DNA of 64,000 nt. Origin: an uncultured Lachnospiraceae bacterium. GTDB taxonomy: Bacteria; Bacillota; Clostridia; Lachnospirales; Lachnospiraceae. Shown in pieces: positions 1 to 9,360 of this stretch. Made by a program: the position numbers and the translations under genes. The first letter of the stretch is position 1; every line of letters starts with the position of its first letter. The notes under the pieces are model-generated. The model was not told the DNA's origin. It ran no database searches and saw nothing but the letters and a program-made list of their open reading frames with translations. The stretch lies in NCBI GenBank assembly GCA_947165025.1, contig CAMUYQ010000003.1, forward strand, positions 54,747 through 118,746, read 5' to 3'.

Positions 1-70
1 GTTCATAATGGACCGCATCGAGAGATCGATGGATTATTATTCGTAAACAGGAAAAGGAAGAGGTTTTCAT

Positions 71-832
71 ATGATCCTTGAGATGAAAAATATAGTCAAG
101 CACTTTGATGACTGCAATGTGCTTCATGACATATCGTTATCCGTTGACAGCGGTGAGGTTGTATCGATAATAGGACGATCGGGCTCGGGTAAGTCAACGC
201 TCCTTCGCTGCGCGACTTTTCTCGAGAAGATCGATGGCGGATCGATAAGCTATAAAGGCGAGACGGTCGCACACACACCTGAAGGCGGTCGGGCAGTTTA
301 CGCAAACAAAAAAGACATCGCAAGAGCCAAAAACTATTTCGGGCTTGTGTTCCAGAACTTTAACCTGTTCCCGCACTATTCGGTCATCAAAAATGTATAT
401 GACGCACCCGTGAACGTTCAGAAGACGGACAGAAAGGCCGCTGAAGAAGAGGCGCTTGAGATACTTGATAAGATGGGACTTCGTGATAAGGCGGATGCGT
501 ATCCGTGCCAGCTGTCGGGAGGACAGAAGCAGCGTGTTGCGATAGCGCGTGCACTTGCGATGCATCCCGATATCCTTTTCTTTGACGAGCCGACGAGTGC
601 TCTTGATCCCGAGCTTACCGGAGAGGTATTAAAGATAATCAGAAAGCTCGCTCAGGAAAAGATGACGATGGTCATAGTCACTCACGAGATGAACTTTGCG
701 CGCGCCGTGTCAAACCGCGTGATATTTATGGACGGCGGATACATCGTCGAGGAGGGCGATCCCGAAGAAGTATTCGGCAATCCGAAACAGGAAAGGACCA
801 GACAGTTCCTCAGGAACTATTCGGATGACTGA
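71..832 (+). CDS. ABC transporter ATP-binding subunit (polar amino-acid uptake type)
   Basis: Walker A GRSGSGKST, ABC signature LSGGQKQR, Walker B ILFFDEPTSALD, H-loop VTHEM; complete 253-aa ORF. Confidence 0.9.
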   Translation: MILEMKNIVKHFDDCNVLHDISLSVDSGEVVSIIGRSGSGKSTLLRCATFLEKIDGGSISYKGETVAHTPEGGRAVYANKKDIARAKNYFGLVFQNFNLFPHYSVIKNVYDAPVNVQKTDRKAAEEEALEILDKMGLRDKADAYPCQLSGGQKQRVAIARALAMHPDILFFDEPTSALDPELTGEVLKIIRKLAQEKMTMVIVTHEMNFARAVSNRVIFMDGGYIVEEGDPEEVFGNPKQERTRQFLRNYSDD

Positions 833-1791
833 TGGCTAAGATCACTGATTATTCATTCAGGTCACATGACGACCGGCAGACACCTATCCACGCCGTAAAA
901 TGGGAACCCGACAACGGTGAAGTTACCGCATGTATTCAGATAGTTCACGGAATGAGAGAGTACATCGAAAGATACTCCGGGTTTGCCGAATTCCTGACCG
1001 CAAAGCAGTTTGCCGTATTCGGACACGATCATATAGGACACGGATATTCTGTTGAACGCACAGAGGACAGAGGCATAATGCACTGCAAAAAGCCGGATGT
1101 CGTCATGGTCGAGGATATTTATTCCAACTATGAGATCATGAAACGTGAGTATCCCGGCAGGCCTTGCTTTATCCTCGGACACAGTATGGGATCGTATCTT
1201 TTAAGAGAATTTCTCGCTGAAAAGGCTGAGTCTCTTTCGGCTCTGTCAGGTGCCGTGATCATGGGAACGGGATGCGAGAACAATGCGGCGCTGTTTTTCG
1301 GAAACATCCTTTGTCGCCTGATGATGCTGTTTAAGGGAAGAGACGGACATACGATGCTTCTGCCGGCTCTTATGTTCAGCGGCAGTTACAAAAAGTTTGA
1401 CAGAACGGGGAAGCATCCCGAAAACAGCTGGCTGTCAAAGAATGTCGATAATGTGAAGAAATACTTCGACCCTTCTGATCCGCGAAATCATTGTGTTTTT
1501 TCGGTCAACGGATATAACATTCTTCTTCGTTCGACCTGGTATGACAACAGGAAGAAGAACATAAGGAAGATGAATATGGATATCCCGGTGATTTTTGTCT
1601 CCGGCGATCAGGATCCTGTAGGCGCGATGGGAGAGGGTGTCAGAAAATCATATTCCATGTTTATGGAAGCCGGTGTTAAGGATGTTTCGATCAAACTTTA
1701 CGAGGGTGACCGGCATGAGATACTGAATGAACTCGACCGGGACAGGGTCTATGAAGACCTTTATGAGTGGATGAAAGAGAGAATGCAGTAA
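832..1791 (+). CDS. Alpha/beta hydrolase (lysophospholipase / monoacylglycerol-lipase-like)
   Basis: HG oxyanion region IVHGMREY, nucleophile elbow GHSMGS, C-terminal GDQD...DRHE acid/His; start overlaps the upstream stop (TGATG). Confidence 0.75.
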   Translation: MAKITDYSFRSHDDRQTPIHAVKWEPDNGEVTACIQIVHGMREYIERYSGFAEFLTAKQFAVFGHDHIGHGYSVERTEDRGIMHCKKPDVVMVEDIYSNYEIMKREYPGRPCFILGHSMGSYLLREFLAEKAESLSALSGAVIMGTGCENNAALFFGNILCRLMMLFKGRDGHTMLLPALMFSGSYKKFDRTGKHPENSWLSKNVDNVKKYFDPSDPRNHCVFSVNGYNILLRSTWYDNRKKNIRKMNMDIPVIFVSGDQDPVGAMGEGVRKSYSMFMEAGVKDVSIKLYEGDRHEILNELDRDRVYEDLYEWMKERMQ

Positions 1792-1796
1792 AGACC

Positions 1797-2624
1797 ATGA
1801 AGAAAGAACTTGACGGAATTGTATATGACTTCATTTCACCCACGGGAAATATGACTATACTCGTGGAATCGGATGTTGATAAAAATGATTATGCCGATGT
1901 TGCAAAACGCCTTATGAAAGAGGAGAAGCGATGTGAACAGGTCGGATTCGTGATGAAGTCGGATAAGGCTGATATAAAGCTCTGCATGGCTGCAGGAGAG
2001 TTCTGCGGGAATGCCACGATGTCGGCTGCCGCACTGTTTGCTGATAAAATGGGTTTTGAGAGGGAAGTTGAAGGCTGCGTAAATGTTGAAACCGATGTTT
2101 TTGACGACCCGGTACCGGTTTACATAACTCTTGCGTTTGAGGATGACGGAAAGGTTTTCAGAGGACGGATCAAAATGCCCCTGCCCGGCAGCATCACAGA
2201 GCATTCTTTATCGTACGCCGGCAGGACATACAAACTTCCGGTCGTAAGCTTTGACGGTATATCGCATATAATCGCTTCTTCCGATGAACTCGGACTGGAA
2301 TATGAGCAGATCGAGGAAGCACTCAGGGCGTGGTCCGGTGATATCGGGTCCGCATGCGTCGGTATCATGGTTGTCGAGAAGTTTGAAGACAAGCATAACG
2401 GCGAGATATCAACGGTCATCAGACCGCTCGTTTACGCCCCCGATGTTGAAACGCTTTACTGGGAGAGTTCGTGCGCCAGCGGAACGACGGCTCTTGGCGC
2501 TTATTATAAAAGATCACTTGATATGAAGACACTCAGACTTATGGCCATCCAGCCCGGAGGTTATCTGACGGCCGTTTGCGATGCGGACGGAACGATCAGT
2601 CTTGAGGGAAGGGTCAGGTTATAA
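1797..2624 (+). CDS. DapF-fold (diaminopimelate epimerase-like) protein, function unknown
   Basis: Two pseudo-symmetric halves, each with a Cys motif placed as in DapF (EFCGNATMSAA and ESSCASGTTALGAY), plus a GNxxxLVE N-terminus. Start moved to the ATG at 1797 because the track ORF start at 1767 lies inside the upstream gene. Confidence 0.45.
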   Translation: MKKELDGIVYDFISPTGNMTILVESDVDKNDYADVAKRLMKEEKRCEQVGFVMKSDKADIKLCMAAGEFCGNATMSAAALFADKMGFEREVEGCVNVETDVFDDPVPVYITLAFEDDGKVFRGRIKMPLPGSITEHSLSYAGRTYKLPVVSFDGISHIIASSDELGLEYEQIEEALRAWSGDIGSACVGIMVVEKFEDKHNGEISTVIRPLVYAPDVETLYWESSCASGTTALGAYYKRSLDMKTLRLMAIQPGGYLTAVCDADGTISLEGRVRL

Positions 2625-2653
2625 CAGATATCGGAGGATGATATCGGAAAGAG

Positions 2654-5600
2654 GTGTGTATGGATTTTCAGGCTGTAGTAGACAAAATGACCGCAATGAC
2701 ATGTGTTGTCTCGGTGGAGCATTTTCCGGACGGAAGATACGGCAAATTCCGAATTGTCACGGGAAACCGCGCGTACATCGATTCGATTGAGCATCCTGCA
2801 CCCGGAACTCAGATGCTTACCAGTAAATTTACTCCGAACTCGGAATACACCGATTACCTGACAAGGGATCTGAACTTCGAGGATTTCTGCTACCGCGCAG
2901 CTGTCGGAAAGAAATGCCTTCACTCATACGCACATCCGGACAGGATGAATGTCTGGATCAACATGTCCTTCCTGCCGCTCGATGCTGATGAGGAAAACCT
3001 AAGCTACTGCCTTTACATGATGGAGATAAACTTCGAGGCAGATTCCGAGAACATGTCGGGTGTGGCATCTGATACTGCTGCCTCAGTACTTGAAACCTGT
3101 ATCAAGCTGAGCGGAACGACTGATTTTAAAGCTACGATCAAAGACGTGACTGAGGAAATACGGGATCTGTGTCATGCCGAACACTGCTGTATCCTTGTCA
3201 TGAATGAGTTTGACAGATCATGCTATGTACTCGGGGAGGCTTTTCAGGAGGGAACAAAGCTCCTTCCCATGGAGACATATGTTGACGATGCATTTTATGA
3301 CATTGCCGATTCATGGAAAGGCACGATCGCAGGAAGCAACTGCCTGATCGCAAAGAACGAGCAGGATATGGAGATCGTCAAAGAACGTAATCCGGTATGG
3401 TACGAGTCTCTTACAAGCGCAGGCGCATATAACATAGTCCTCTTCCCGTTAAAATCACGCAACCAGCTTCTCGGTTATATGTGGGCTCTTAATTTTGATT
3501 CGAAGCTTGCGGTTAAGATCAAGGAGACACTGGAGGTCACGACATTCATCGTAGGATCCGAACTTGGTAACTACCTTCTTGTTGACAGACTCCGCCTGAT
3601 GGGATCGATAGATATGCTTACCGGAGTCATGAACCGTAACGAGATGAACAATGTCGTTGACGAACTTGCACACGGTATAAAAGAGGATGTTTCGGTCGGC
3701 GTAATATTTGCGGATCTTAACGGCCTTAAGACCGTCAATGATGTTAACGGACACAATGCCGGCGATACGCTTCTTAAGAACGCATCGGCGGCACTTAGAA
3801 AAGTTTTTTCCGAGAAAGAGATATTCCGTGCCGGAGGCGATGAGTTCTCGATCATCGTTACCGGTATAACCGAAAAGGAACTCGATGAGAAGATAGAAAT
3901 GATCAGAAAGGTGAGTAAAGACTTTGATGATCTTTCATTCGCTCTCGGAGGCAGTGTTGAAAAGAACAGCACAAACGTCAGAATGGCTCTGCGCCGTGCT
4001 GATGAGAGGATGTACGAGGATAAGCAGAAATACTACAGCAAGCATCCGGGCCGCGCAGAGGAAAACAGAAGAAGCCGCGGTAATGTGAACAGTCCCGCAC
4101 CGGCCGGTCCGGAAGATGCCATGATAAGGGAACTGAACTACGATACACTGACGGGTCTTCCGAGTATGGCATACTTCTTCAGGCTTGCCGAGACAGGCAG
4201 AAAGAGCATGCATGATAATGAGGTGGAATCCGCACTTGTATTCATTAATCTTAACGGCCTCAGATTCTTCAACCAGAAGTACGGATTTGCTGAAGGCGAT
4301 CAGCTCATCAAAGAGTTCGGCCGGATCATATCTGAAATGTTCGGAAAGGATAACTGCAGTCACTTCGGCCAGGATCATTTTGCGCTTTTTACGGAAGCAT
4401 CCGGAGTGGAAGATAAACTGAAGAAGATCTTCAGGACAATGAAAAAGGCCAACGGAGGGAAAACGCTTTTTGTGCGTGCCGGGATATATCCGGATTCAAT
4501 GGGCATCGTCGAAACATCCGTTGCGATCGACAGAGCAAGGTATGCATGCGATTCTGTCAGGGATGATAACAGTTCGTATTTCAATTATTATGACAAGACC
4601 ATGCTCCAGCGGGAGATAAACAGGAAATACGTCATTGATAATCTTGACAGGGCGCTGGCTGAAAACTGGATAACCGCATTTTATCAGCCGATCGTCAGGG
4701 CAACGAGCAGAAAGATCTGTGATGAAGAGGCTCTGGCAAGATGGATAGATCCGGATAAGGGTATGTTTTCGCCGGCTGATTTTATCCCGATACTTGAAGA
4801 TTCAAAGCTGATATACAAGGTCGATCTTCATATTGTTGACGTTATCCTGGAGAAGATAAAGAAACAGAAGGCGGCCAATCAGTTTACCGTTCCTGTCAGT
4901 GTCAATCTCTCAAGAACCGACTTTGAGTGCTGTGACATAGTGGAAGAGATCAACAACCGTGTTGAGGCGGCCGGAGTGTCAAAAGATCTGATCACGATCG
5001 AGATAACCGAAAGCGTTGTCGGTGAGAATTTTGATTACATGAAGGAGCAGATCAGCCGTTTCCAGAATCTTGGTTTCAAGGTATGGATGGATGACTTCGG
5101 AAGCGGTTATTCATCACTTGATCTTCTTCAGGAACTTCAGTTTGACCTGATCAAATTTGATATGCGTTTCATGAGACAGTTTGAGACGACACCGAAGTCG
5201 AGAGTCATCCTGACAGAGCTTATGAGAATGGCAGCAAGCCTTAACATAGAAACGGTATGTGAAGGTGTTGAGACAGCCGAACAGGTTGAGTTCCTGTCGG
5301 AGATCGGATGTACGAAGATGCAGGGGTATTACTTCTGCAAACCAATCCCGTATGACCAGATCAAGGAGAGATACAAGAACGGTCTTCAGATCGGATTTGA
5401 GGATCCTGAAGAACATGGTTACCATAAGATGCTCAGTGCGATCAATCTTTATGATCTGGGTGCTATTTCAAGTGAAGAGTGCGAATCCGTAAAACATTAT
5501 TTTAATACGATCCCGATGGCGATCATTGAATCAAACGGCGATGATCTCAGCATATTAAGGTGTAACAAGACTTACCGTGAGTTTTCCGAACGGTATAAAG

Positions 5601-6586
5601 ACATAGAAGATGAGATGATTGATGGTATACGCCAGTGCGAGAATATAGGGCAGAGAACGTTCTTAAGTGAACCTTCGGCGGACGGCGATATGGTTAACAT
5701 CATGATCCGACGTGTCATTGATAATCCGGTCACGAATGTCGGGGCGTTTGCCGTGGCGGTTCTTGACATAACCGGAAAGAATGATCAGTCGCCTACTTAC
5801 ACCGGCGTCGCAAAAGCTCTTTCCGCCGATTTCATAGATATGTACTATGTTGATCTCGACACTGAAAGATTCACGCAGTATTCGTCGTCGGACAAGAATG
5901 GTATATCGGCAGAAAGAAGCGGAGAGGGATTCTTTACGACGAGCCGCAAAGATGCTCTCGAATACATATACTTCGATGACCAGGAGCCGTTCATAAGAGC
6001 CTTTACAAAAGAGAATGTCGAAAGATCTCTCAATGAGAACGGTGTTTTCACGCATATGTACAGGCTTCTTATAGATGGGGAGCCGCAGTATGTGAACATG
6101 AAAGCAGTCCGTATGGATAATGCCGGTAACCGGATCGTAATCGCCGTAAGTAACGTAGACGCTCAGATGAGACAGCAGGAAACACTGGAGCGCCTCAAGG
6201 AAGAGACGATCACATATTCAAGGATCTCCGTACTTATGGGTGACTTCATCGCGATCTATACGGTCGATCCGGAAACGGGCAGCTATATGCAGTACAGTTC
6301 ATCGGATGAATTCTCCAATCTGGGAACATCAAGGGCCGGAGTTGATTTCTTCGGAGATTCGCGCGAAGAGATACGCTCAAGTATCGTACCCGAAGACTAT
6401 GATATGTTCATGAAAGAGTTCACTAAAGAAAATGTTCTCGGCAAGACTCAAAGGGGTGAACTGTTTGTATTGAATTACAGACTTAAGCTCGGCAAAGAGC
6501 CCGTGCAGATAACATTAAGGGCAGGCATTGTCAGGGAGAAAGACGGCCCGCAGCTGATCGTCGGTGTAGCAAAGGGGAATTCTTGA
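2654..6586 (+). CDS. Multidomain c-di-GMP turnover protein: sensor(PAS/GAF-like)-GGDEF-degenerate GGDEF-EAL-2x C-terminal PAS-like repeats
   Basis: Intact RAGGDEFSII. The second cyclase-like domain has GQDHFALF in place of GGDEF. EAL domain motifs EALARW, EITES, DDFGSGYSSL, QGYYFCKP. Two related C-terminal repeats (YYVDLDTERFTQYSSSD / IYTVDPETGSYMQYSSSD). Confidence 0.9.
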   Translation: MCMDFQAVVDKMTAMTCVVSVEHFPDGRYGKFRIVTGNRAYIDSIEHPAPGTQMLTSKFTPNSEYTDYLTRDLNFEDFCYRAAVGKKCLHSYAHPDRMNVWINMSFLPLDADEENLSYCLYMMEINFEADSENMSGVASDTAASVLETCIKLSGTTDFKATIKDVTEEIRDLCHAEHCCILVMNEFDRSCYVLGEAFQEGTKLLPMETYVDDAFYDIADSWKGTIAGSNCLIAKNEQDMEIVKERNPVWYESLTSAGAYNIVLFPLKSRNQLLGYMWALNFDSKLAVKIKETLEVTTFIVGSELGNYLLVDRLRLMGSIDMLTGVMNRNEMNNVVDELAHGIKEDVSVGVIFADLNGLKTVNDVNGHNAGDTLLKNASAALRKVFSEKEIFRAGGDEFSIIVTGITEKELDEKIEMIRKVSKDFDDLSFALGGSVEKNSTNVRMALRRADERMYEDKQKYYSKHPGRAEENRRSRGNVNSPAPAGPEDAMIRELNYDTLTGLPSMAYFFRLAETGRKSMHDNEVESALVFINLNGLRFFNQKYGFAEGDQLIKEFGRIISEMFGKDNCSHFGQDHFALFTEASGVEDKLKKIFRTMKKANGGKTLFVRAGIYPDSMGIVETSVAIDRARYACDSVRDDNSSYFNYYDKTMLQREINRKYVIDNLDRALAENWITAFYQPIVRATSRKICDEEALARWIDPDKGMFSPADFIPILEDSKLIYKVDLHIVDVILEKIKKQKAANQFTVPVSVNLSRTDFECCDIVEEINNRVEAAGVSKDLITIEITESVVGENFDYMKEQISRFQNLGFKVWMDDFGSGYSSLDLLQELQFDLIKFDMRFMRQFETTPKSRVILTELMRMAASLNIETVCEGVETAEQVEFLSEIGCTKMQGYYFCKPIPYDQIKERYKNGLQIGFEDPEEHGYHKMLSAINLYDLGAISSEECESVKHYFNTIPMAIIESNGDDLSILRCNKTYREFSERYKDIEDEMIDGIRQCENIGQRTFLSEPSADGDMVNIMIRRVIDNPVTNVGAFAVAVLDITGKNDQSPTYTGVAKALSADFIDMYYVDLDTERFTQYSSSDKNGISAERSGEGFFTTSRKDALEYIYFDDQEPFIRAFTKENVERSLNENGVFTHMYRLLIDGEPQYVNMKAVRMDNAGNRIVIAVSNVDAQMRQQETLERLKEETITYSRISVLMGDFIAIYTVDPETGSYMQYSSSDEFSNLGTSRAGVDFFGDSREEIRSSIVPEDYDMFMKEFTKENVLGKTQRGELFVLNYRLKLGKEPVQITLRAGIVREKDGPQLIVGVAKGNS

Positions 6587-6617
6587 CAAATCGGTTAGGT
6601 TGATGCAAAATATGAAA

Positions 6618-6712
6618 GGCGTTCGCTGATAAGAATTCGACTGAAGGAGACTCGCGCATGAGGATCACCTTCGGTGATGGGCGCTCGTCGTGCAGGCAGG
6701 GTATCCCCTACC
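6618..6712. repeat. Structured intergenic repeat element, copy 1 (short form)
   Basis: A ~50-nt core (6646-6695) is the reverse complement of 58363-58411. The internal hairpin ATCACC-TTC-GGTGAT corresponds to ATTACC/GGTAAT in the other copy, a compensatory change. Confidence 0.6.
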
Positions 6713-6719
6713 AACATTT

Positions 6720-6803
6720 GCAGAAATGGCGGAATTGGCAGACGCGCACGGTTCAGGTCCGTGTGAGGTAACACTCATGAGGGTTCAAGTCCCTTTTTCT
6801 GCA
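6720..6803 (+). tRNA. tRNA-Leu (anticodon CAG), long variable arm, no encoded CCA
   Basis: Hand-folded cloverleaf. Acceptor GCAGAAA/TTTCTGC; D-stem GCG/CGC with a GG loop; anticodon stem CACGG/CCGTG with loop TTCAGGT; 17-nt variable arm; T-arm GAGGG-TTCAAGT-CCCTT; discriminator A. Confidence 0.85.
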
Positions 6804-6804
6804 C
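6788..6804 (+). repeat. att core copy 1 (AGTCCCTTTTTCTGCAC), 3' end of tRNA-Leu
   Basis: The same 17-mer recurs at 34529-34545 and 46617-46633 (identical) and at 44761-44777 (one mismatch), all in direct orientation. Confidence 0.8.
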
Positions 6805-6808
6805 TTAA

Positions 6809-6840
6809 TAGCATCTGATTTCATCAGGTGCTATTTTGTT
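6809..6840 (+). terminator. Intrinsic terminator after tRNA-Leu (supplied by the inserted element)
   Basis: Stem TAGCATCTGAT / ATCAGGTGCTA (one G-T pair), 3-nt loop, then TTTTGTT. Confidence 0.6.
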
Positions 6841-6924
6841 GCCTAAAAACGCTGTAACGGCGCGGGTTTAAAGGCTATCACTATGTTCGACATACGTCGT
6901 CTCTTTTTGTCTGATTTCGACAGT

Positions 6925-6982
6925 TTTCCCCCATCGATGGGGGAAAAAATGGGGGAAAAATTGGGGGAAAAATTGGGGGATA
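6925..6982 (+). repeat. GGGGGAAAA array (candidate arm-type recombinase sites), left end of segment 1
   Basis: Perfect palindrome TTTTCCCCC-ATCGAT-GGGGGAAAA, followed by three more GGGGGAAAA-like copies at a 12-bp period. A related array lies at 34455-34492. Confidence 0.5.
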
Positions 6983-6994
6983 AGACATGCTTCT

Positions 6995-7064
6995 TGCATT
7001 TCACGTCAAAAAAAGTGCGTTTCACGTATAATATATAATTATAAGTGGCAATCTTTCCGAAAAT
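6995..7064 (+). promoter_or_regulatory. Class-1 LytTR-type operator plus promoter of the RR/HK operon
   Basis: TGCATTTCACG (6995-7005) and TGCGTTTCACG (7016-7026), starting 21 bp apart. A TCCGAAAA box lies 42 bp after the proximal repeat; a TATAAT at 7027 is an alternative -10. Confidence 0.6.
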
Positions 7065-7099
7065 TAGAACGACATATTGGATTTAGAAGGAAGTCATAA

Positions 7100-7852
7100 A
7101 TGGATCATAAAATGAAGATCGCCATATGCGATGATGAAAAGCCCATAAGGGACTATATAGAAAAATGCGTGCGTGAAGTAAAGGCAGATGTTGAAGTTGT
7201 TCAATATCCGGATGCTTCAGAAATGGTTGCGGCAAGTTTTGATGCAGATATACTATTCCTGGATATCCAGATGCCGGGTATGGACGGGATGAAAGCAGCT
7301 CGGATACTTCGGACTATGGGTAACAAAACTATCATAGTTTTTGTTACTGCTGTTGAGGAGTATGTATTCCAAGCGTTTGATGTTGGGGCGGTGCAATACA
7401 TAGTAAAGCCGTTTGACAGAAACAAACTTATAGATACGATCAAAAAGACGATAGCTCTTGCCGAAGAGAGAAACAGCATAGATGCTGCCCTTTCAGATAT
7501 GAATGAGTCAAATGAAGCTAAAAGATCTATAACGATCAAGTCTGATGGCGTTAACAGACGGGTTATATTGACGGAAATAATGTATGCTGAAGTGTTTGAA
7601 CATCGCATAATACTCCATATGAATGATAAGGAGTGTATTAACTATTACGGGAAGATGTCTGATCTTGAAATGGTTGCCGGAAAAGACTTTTATCGGGTGC
7701 ACCGGGCGTATCTGATCAATCTTGCGTATGTTAAGTCATATGATTCGAAGAGCGTTTCGATTTCAGGAGAGGAGATCCCCGTGGCTCGGGGAAAATATCA
7801 GGAACTTGTAAAAGCATACTTGTCATACTACACACGTAAGGAGCATTTATGA
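7100..7852 (+). CDS. LytTR-family response regulator (REC + LytTR DNA-binding domain)
   Basis: REC motifs ICDDE, FLDIQMPGMDG, VTA, VKPF; C-terminal LytTR signature FYRVHRAYLINLAYV. Confidence 0.9.
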   Translation: MDHKMKIAICDDEKPIRDYIEKCVREVKADVEVVQYPDASEMVAASFDADILFLDIQMPGMDGMKAARILRTMGNKTIIVFVTAVEEYVFQAFDVGAVQYIVKPFDRNKLIDTIKKTIALAEERNSIDAALSDMNESNEAKRSITIKSDGVNRRVILTEIMYAEVFEHRIILHMNDKECINYYGKMSDLEMVAGKDFYRVHRAYLINLAYVKSYDSKSVSISGEEIPVARGKYQELVKAYLSYYTRKEHL

Positions 7853-9255
7853 TCGACTATATTGTTGCCAATTTTGCGTCATTCGCTGATGCTTTTACTC
7901 ATTGTCTGGTAGTCATATATATAATCTGTGTGTCTTTTCTGTTATCAGTCTGGATAAAACCGTTTGTTCAAATCCGCAGGGCGTCATCTCTTACCGCGAT
8001 CATATATTTCATTTTCAGATTTATATACTATTTGATACCTGTAGATAGTGATTTTATCAGGGGGATTGCGTTTGGGATCATACCCGTAGTATTCCTTGTT
8101 TCATGGCTTTTGGATAATAAAAGGAATCCGGTCCAGAAACTGTTCCTTTCAATTCTCTATTATCTGATAAGCTGGCTGACATATGAGATTTCAGTGGAGA
8201 TCGGTCTTTTTGAAAGAGATATCATGTACAGATTTGAATGGTATCATTCGGATGCCAATGCCATTGCGATCGAGTTTATCATATGGAATTTGATCGAATA
8301 TGCTTTTGCGGTAGTTATTCTGTATATTTCAGTGCGCCTTATTCAGAAGGCATATATAAGAAAAATGGAAGAATTGTCATGGAAAGAACTGTTGATGCTG
8401 CTAGCCCCGTTCTGGACTATTCTTTTGGTAAAACCAATTATGTTGGCGTATTTCACTCTCTGGATGGATGGTATAGCAAATGGGAGTATAAATGAAAACA
8501 TACCGTCAAGCATTTATCGCCTGGTGTTCTGTGTTCTGTCGCTACTGTCTGTAATTATCATTATTACGCTGTATCAGAGGATCAAAGAGGCCACGGATGA
8601 TAAATATGCAAGACAGTCCCTTGAGAATCAGATCGAGGATATCCGGCGACATATGGGGCAGATAGAGGATATGTATGAAAAGATGAGAGCGATGCGGCAT
8701 GACATGGGCAATCATATGGCTGTGATAGAGGGCCTTGCAGATAAGGGAGAGAAGGATGCCCTGAGTGAGTATATCGGACAGTGGAAAAAGAATTATGATG
8801 AGTCAGGAACACTGGTTAAGACCGGAAATCCGATCATCGATGTTGCAATTTCGGAGTTTGCCGCAAGATTTAAAGAGTCTGACATACCGTTTGAACAGTC
8901 ATTTCAGTATCCCGAACAGCTTACGATCAATCCATTCGATCTGTGTGTTGTGGTAACAAATGCGCTTCAGAATGCATATGAAGCATCTGTAAACACGAAA
9001 ACACCCTCAGTATCACTGACATCTGTTGTCCGTGATCAAACGTTTATCATCAGTCTGAGAAACCATACAGACAACAAAGTGTATATAAATTTCGAAGAAG
9101 ATATACCGGTTTCGTCAAAAAAGGAAGACGGTCATGGGTACGGACTAAAGAATATAAGGACAATCGCCCGTAAGTACAAGGGTGATATCGAAATACGTCA
9201 AGAAGTTGAAAAAGACGGGTATATGTTTGTTCTGAACGTCATGTTTATTGGCTGA
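7849..9255 (+). CDS. AgrC/HPK10-like membrane sensor histidine kinase (GHKL)
   Basis: About six N-terminal hydrophobic helices; H-box MRHDMGNHM; N-box NALQNAYEA; G-box GHGYGLKNI; start overlaps the RR stop (ATGA). Confidence 0.85.
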   Translation: MIDYIVANFASFADAFTHCLVVIYIICVSFLLSVWIKPFVQIRRASSLTAIIYFIFRFIYYLIPVDSDFIRGIAFGIIPVVFLVSWLLDNKRNPVQKLFLSILYYLISWLTYEISVEIGLFERDIMYRFEWYHSDANAIAIEFIIWNLIEYAFAVVILYISVRLIQKAYIRKMEELSWKELLMLLAPFWTILLVKPIMLAYFTLWMDGIANGSINENIPSSIYRLVFCVLSLLSVIIIITLYQRIKEATDDKYARQSLENQIEDIRRHMGQIEDMYEKMRAMRHDMGNHMAVIEGLADKGEKDALSEYIGQWKKNYDESGTLVKTGNPIIDVAISEFAARFKESDIPFEQSFQYPEQLTINPFDLCVVVTNALQNAYEASVNTKTPSVSLTSVVRDQTFIISLRNHTDNKVYINFEEDIPVSSKKEDGHGYGLKNIRTIARKYKGDIEIRQEVEKDGYMFVLNVMFIG

Positions 9256-9257
9256 AC

Positions 9258-9327
9258 CGCAATTCACGACTGAAAAAGTGCGCTTCACGTCGAATCTATT
9301 GTTTATTTCTACAATTTCCCGATACTA
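9258..9327 (+). promoter_or_regulatory. Class-1 LytTR-type operator, copy 2, plus CCCGATAC box
   Basis: CGCAATTCACG (9258-9268) and TGCGCTTCACG (9279-9289), 21 bp apart; CGATA at 9320, 41 bp after the proximal repeat. Confidence 0.55.
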
Positions 9328-9360
9328 AAAGCATAATATGAAATGGTTTTTTCGCGTGGG

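Noticed and set aside
6925-6982. Possible CRISPR array (short regularly spaced repeats)
   Set aside because: The period is only 12 bp, with 9-bp repeats and 3-nt gaps. There are no unique spacers and no cas genes in the window. It fits recombinase arm sites or simple tandem repeats better.
6843-7025. 60-aa minus-strand ORF containing NFSPNFSPIFSP
   Set aside because: Its periodic sequence is just the translation of the GGGGGAAAA DNA repeat array. It has no SD and sits in the att-proximal non-coding end of the island.
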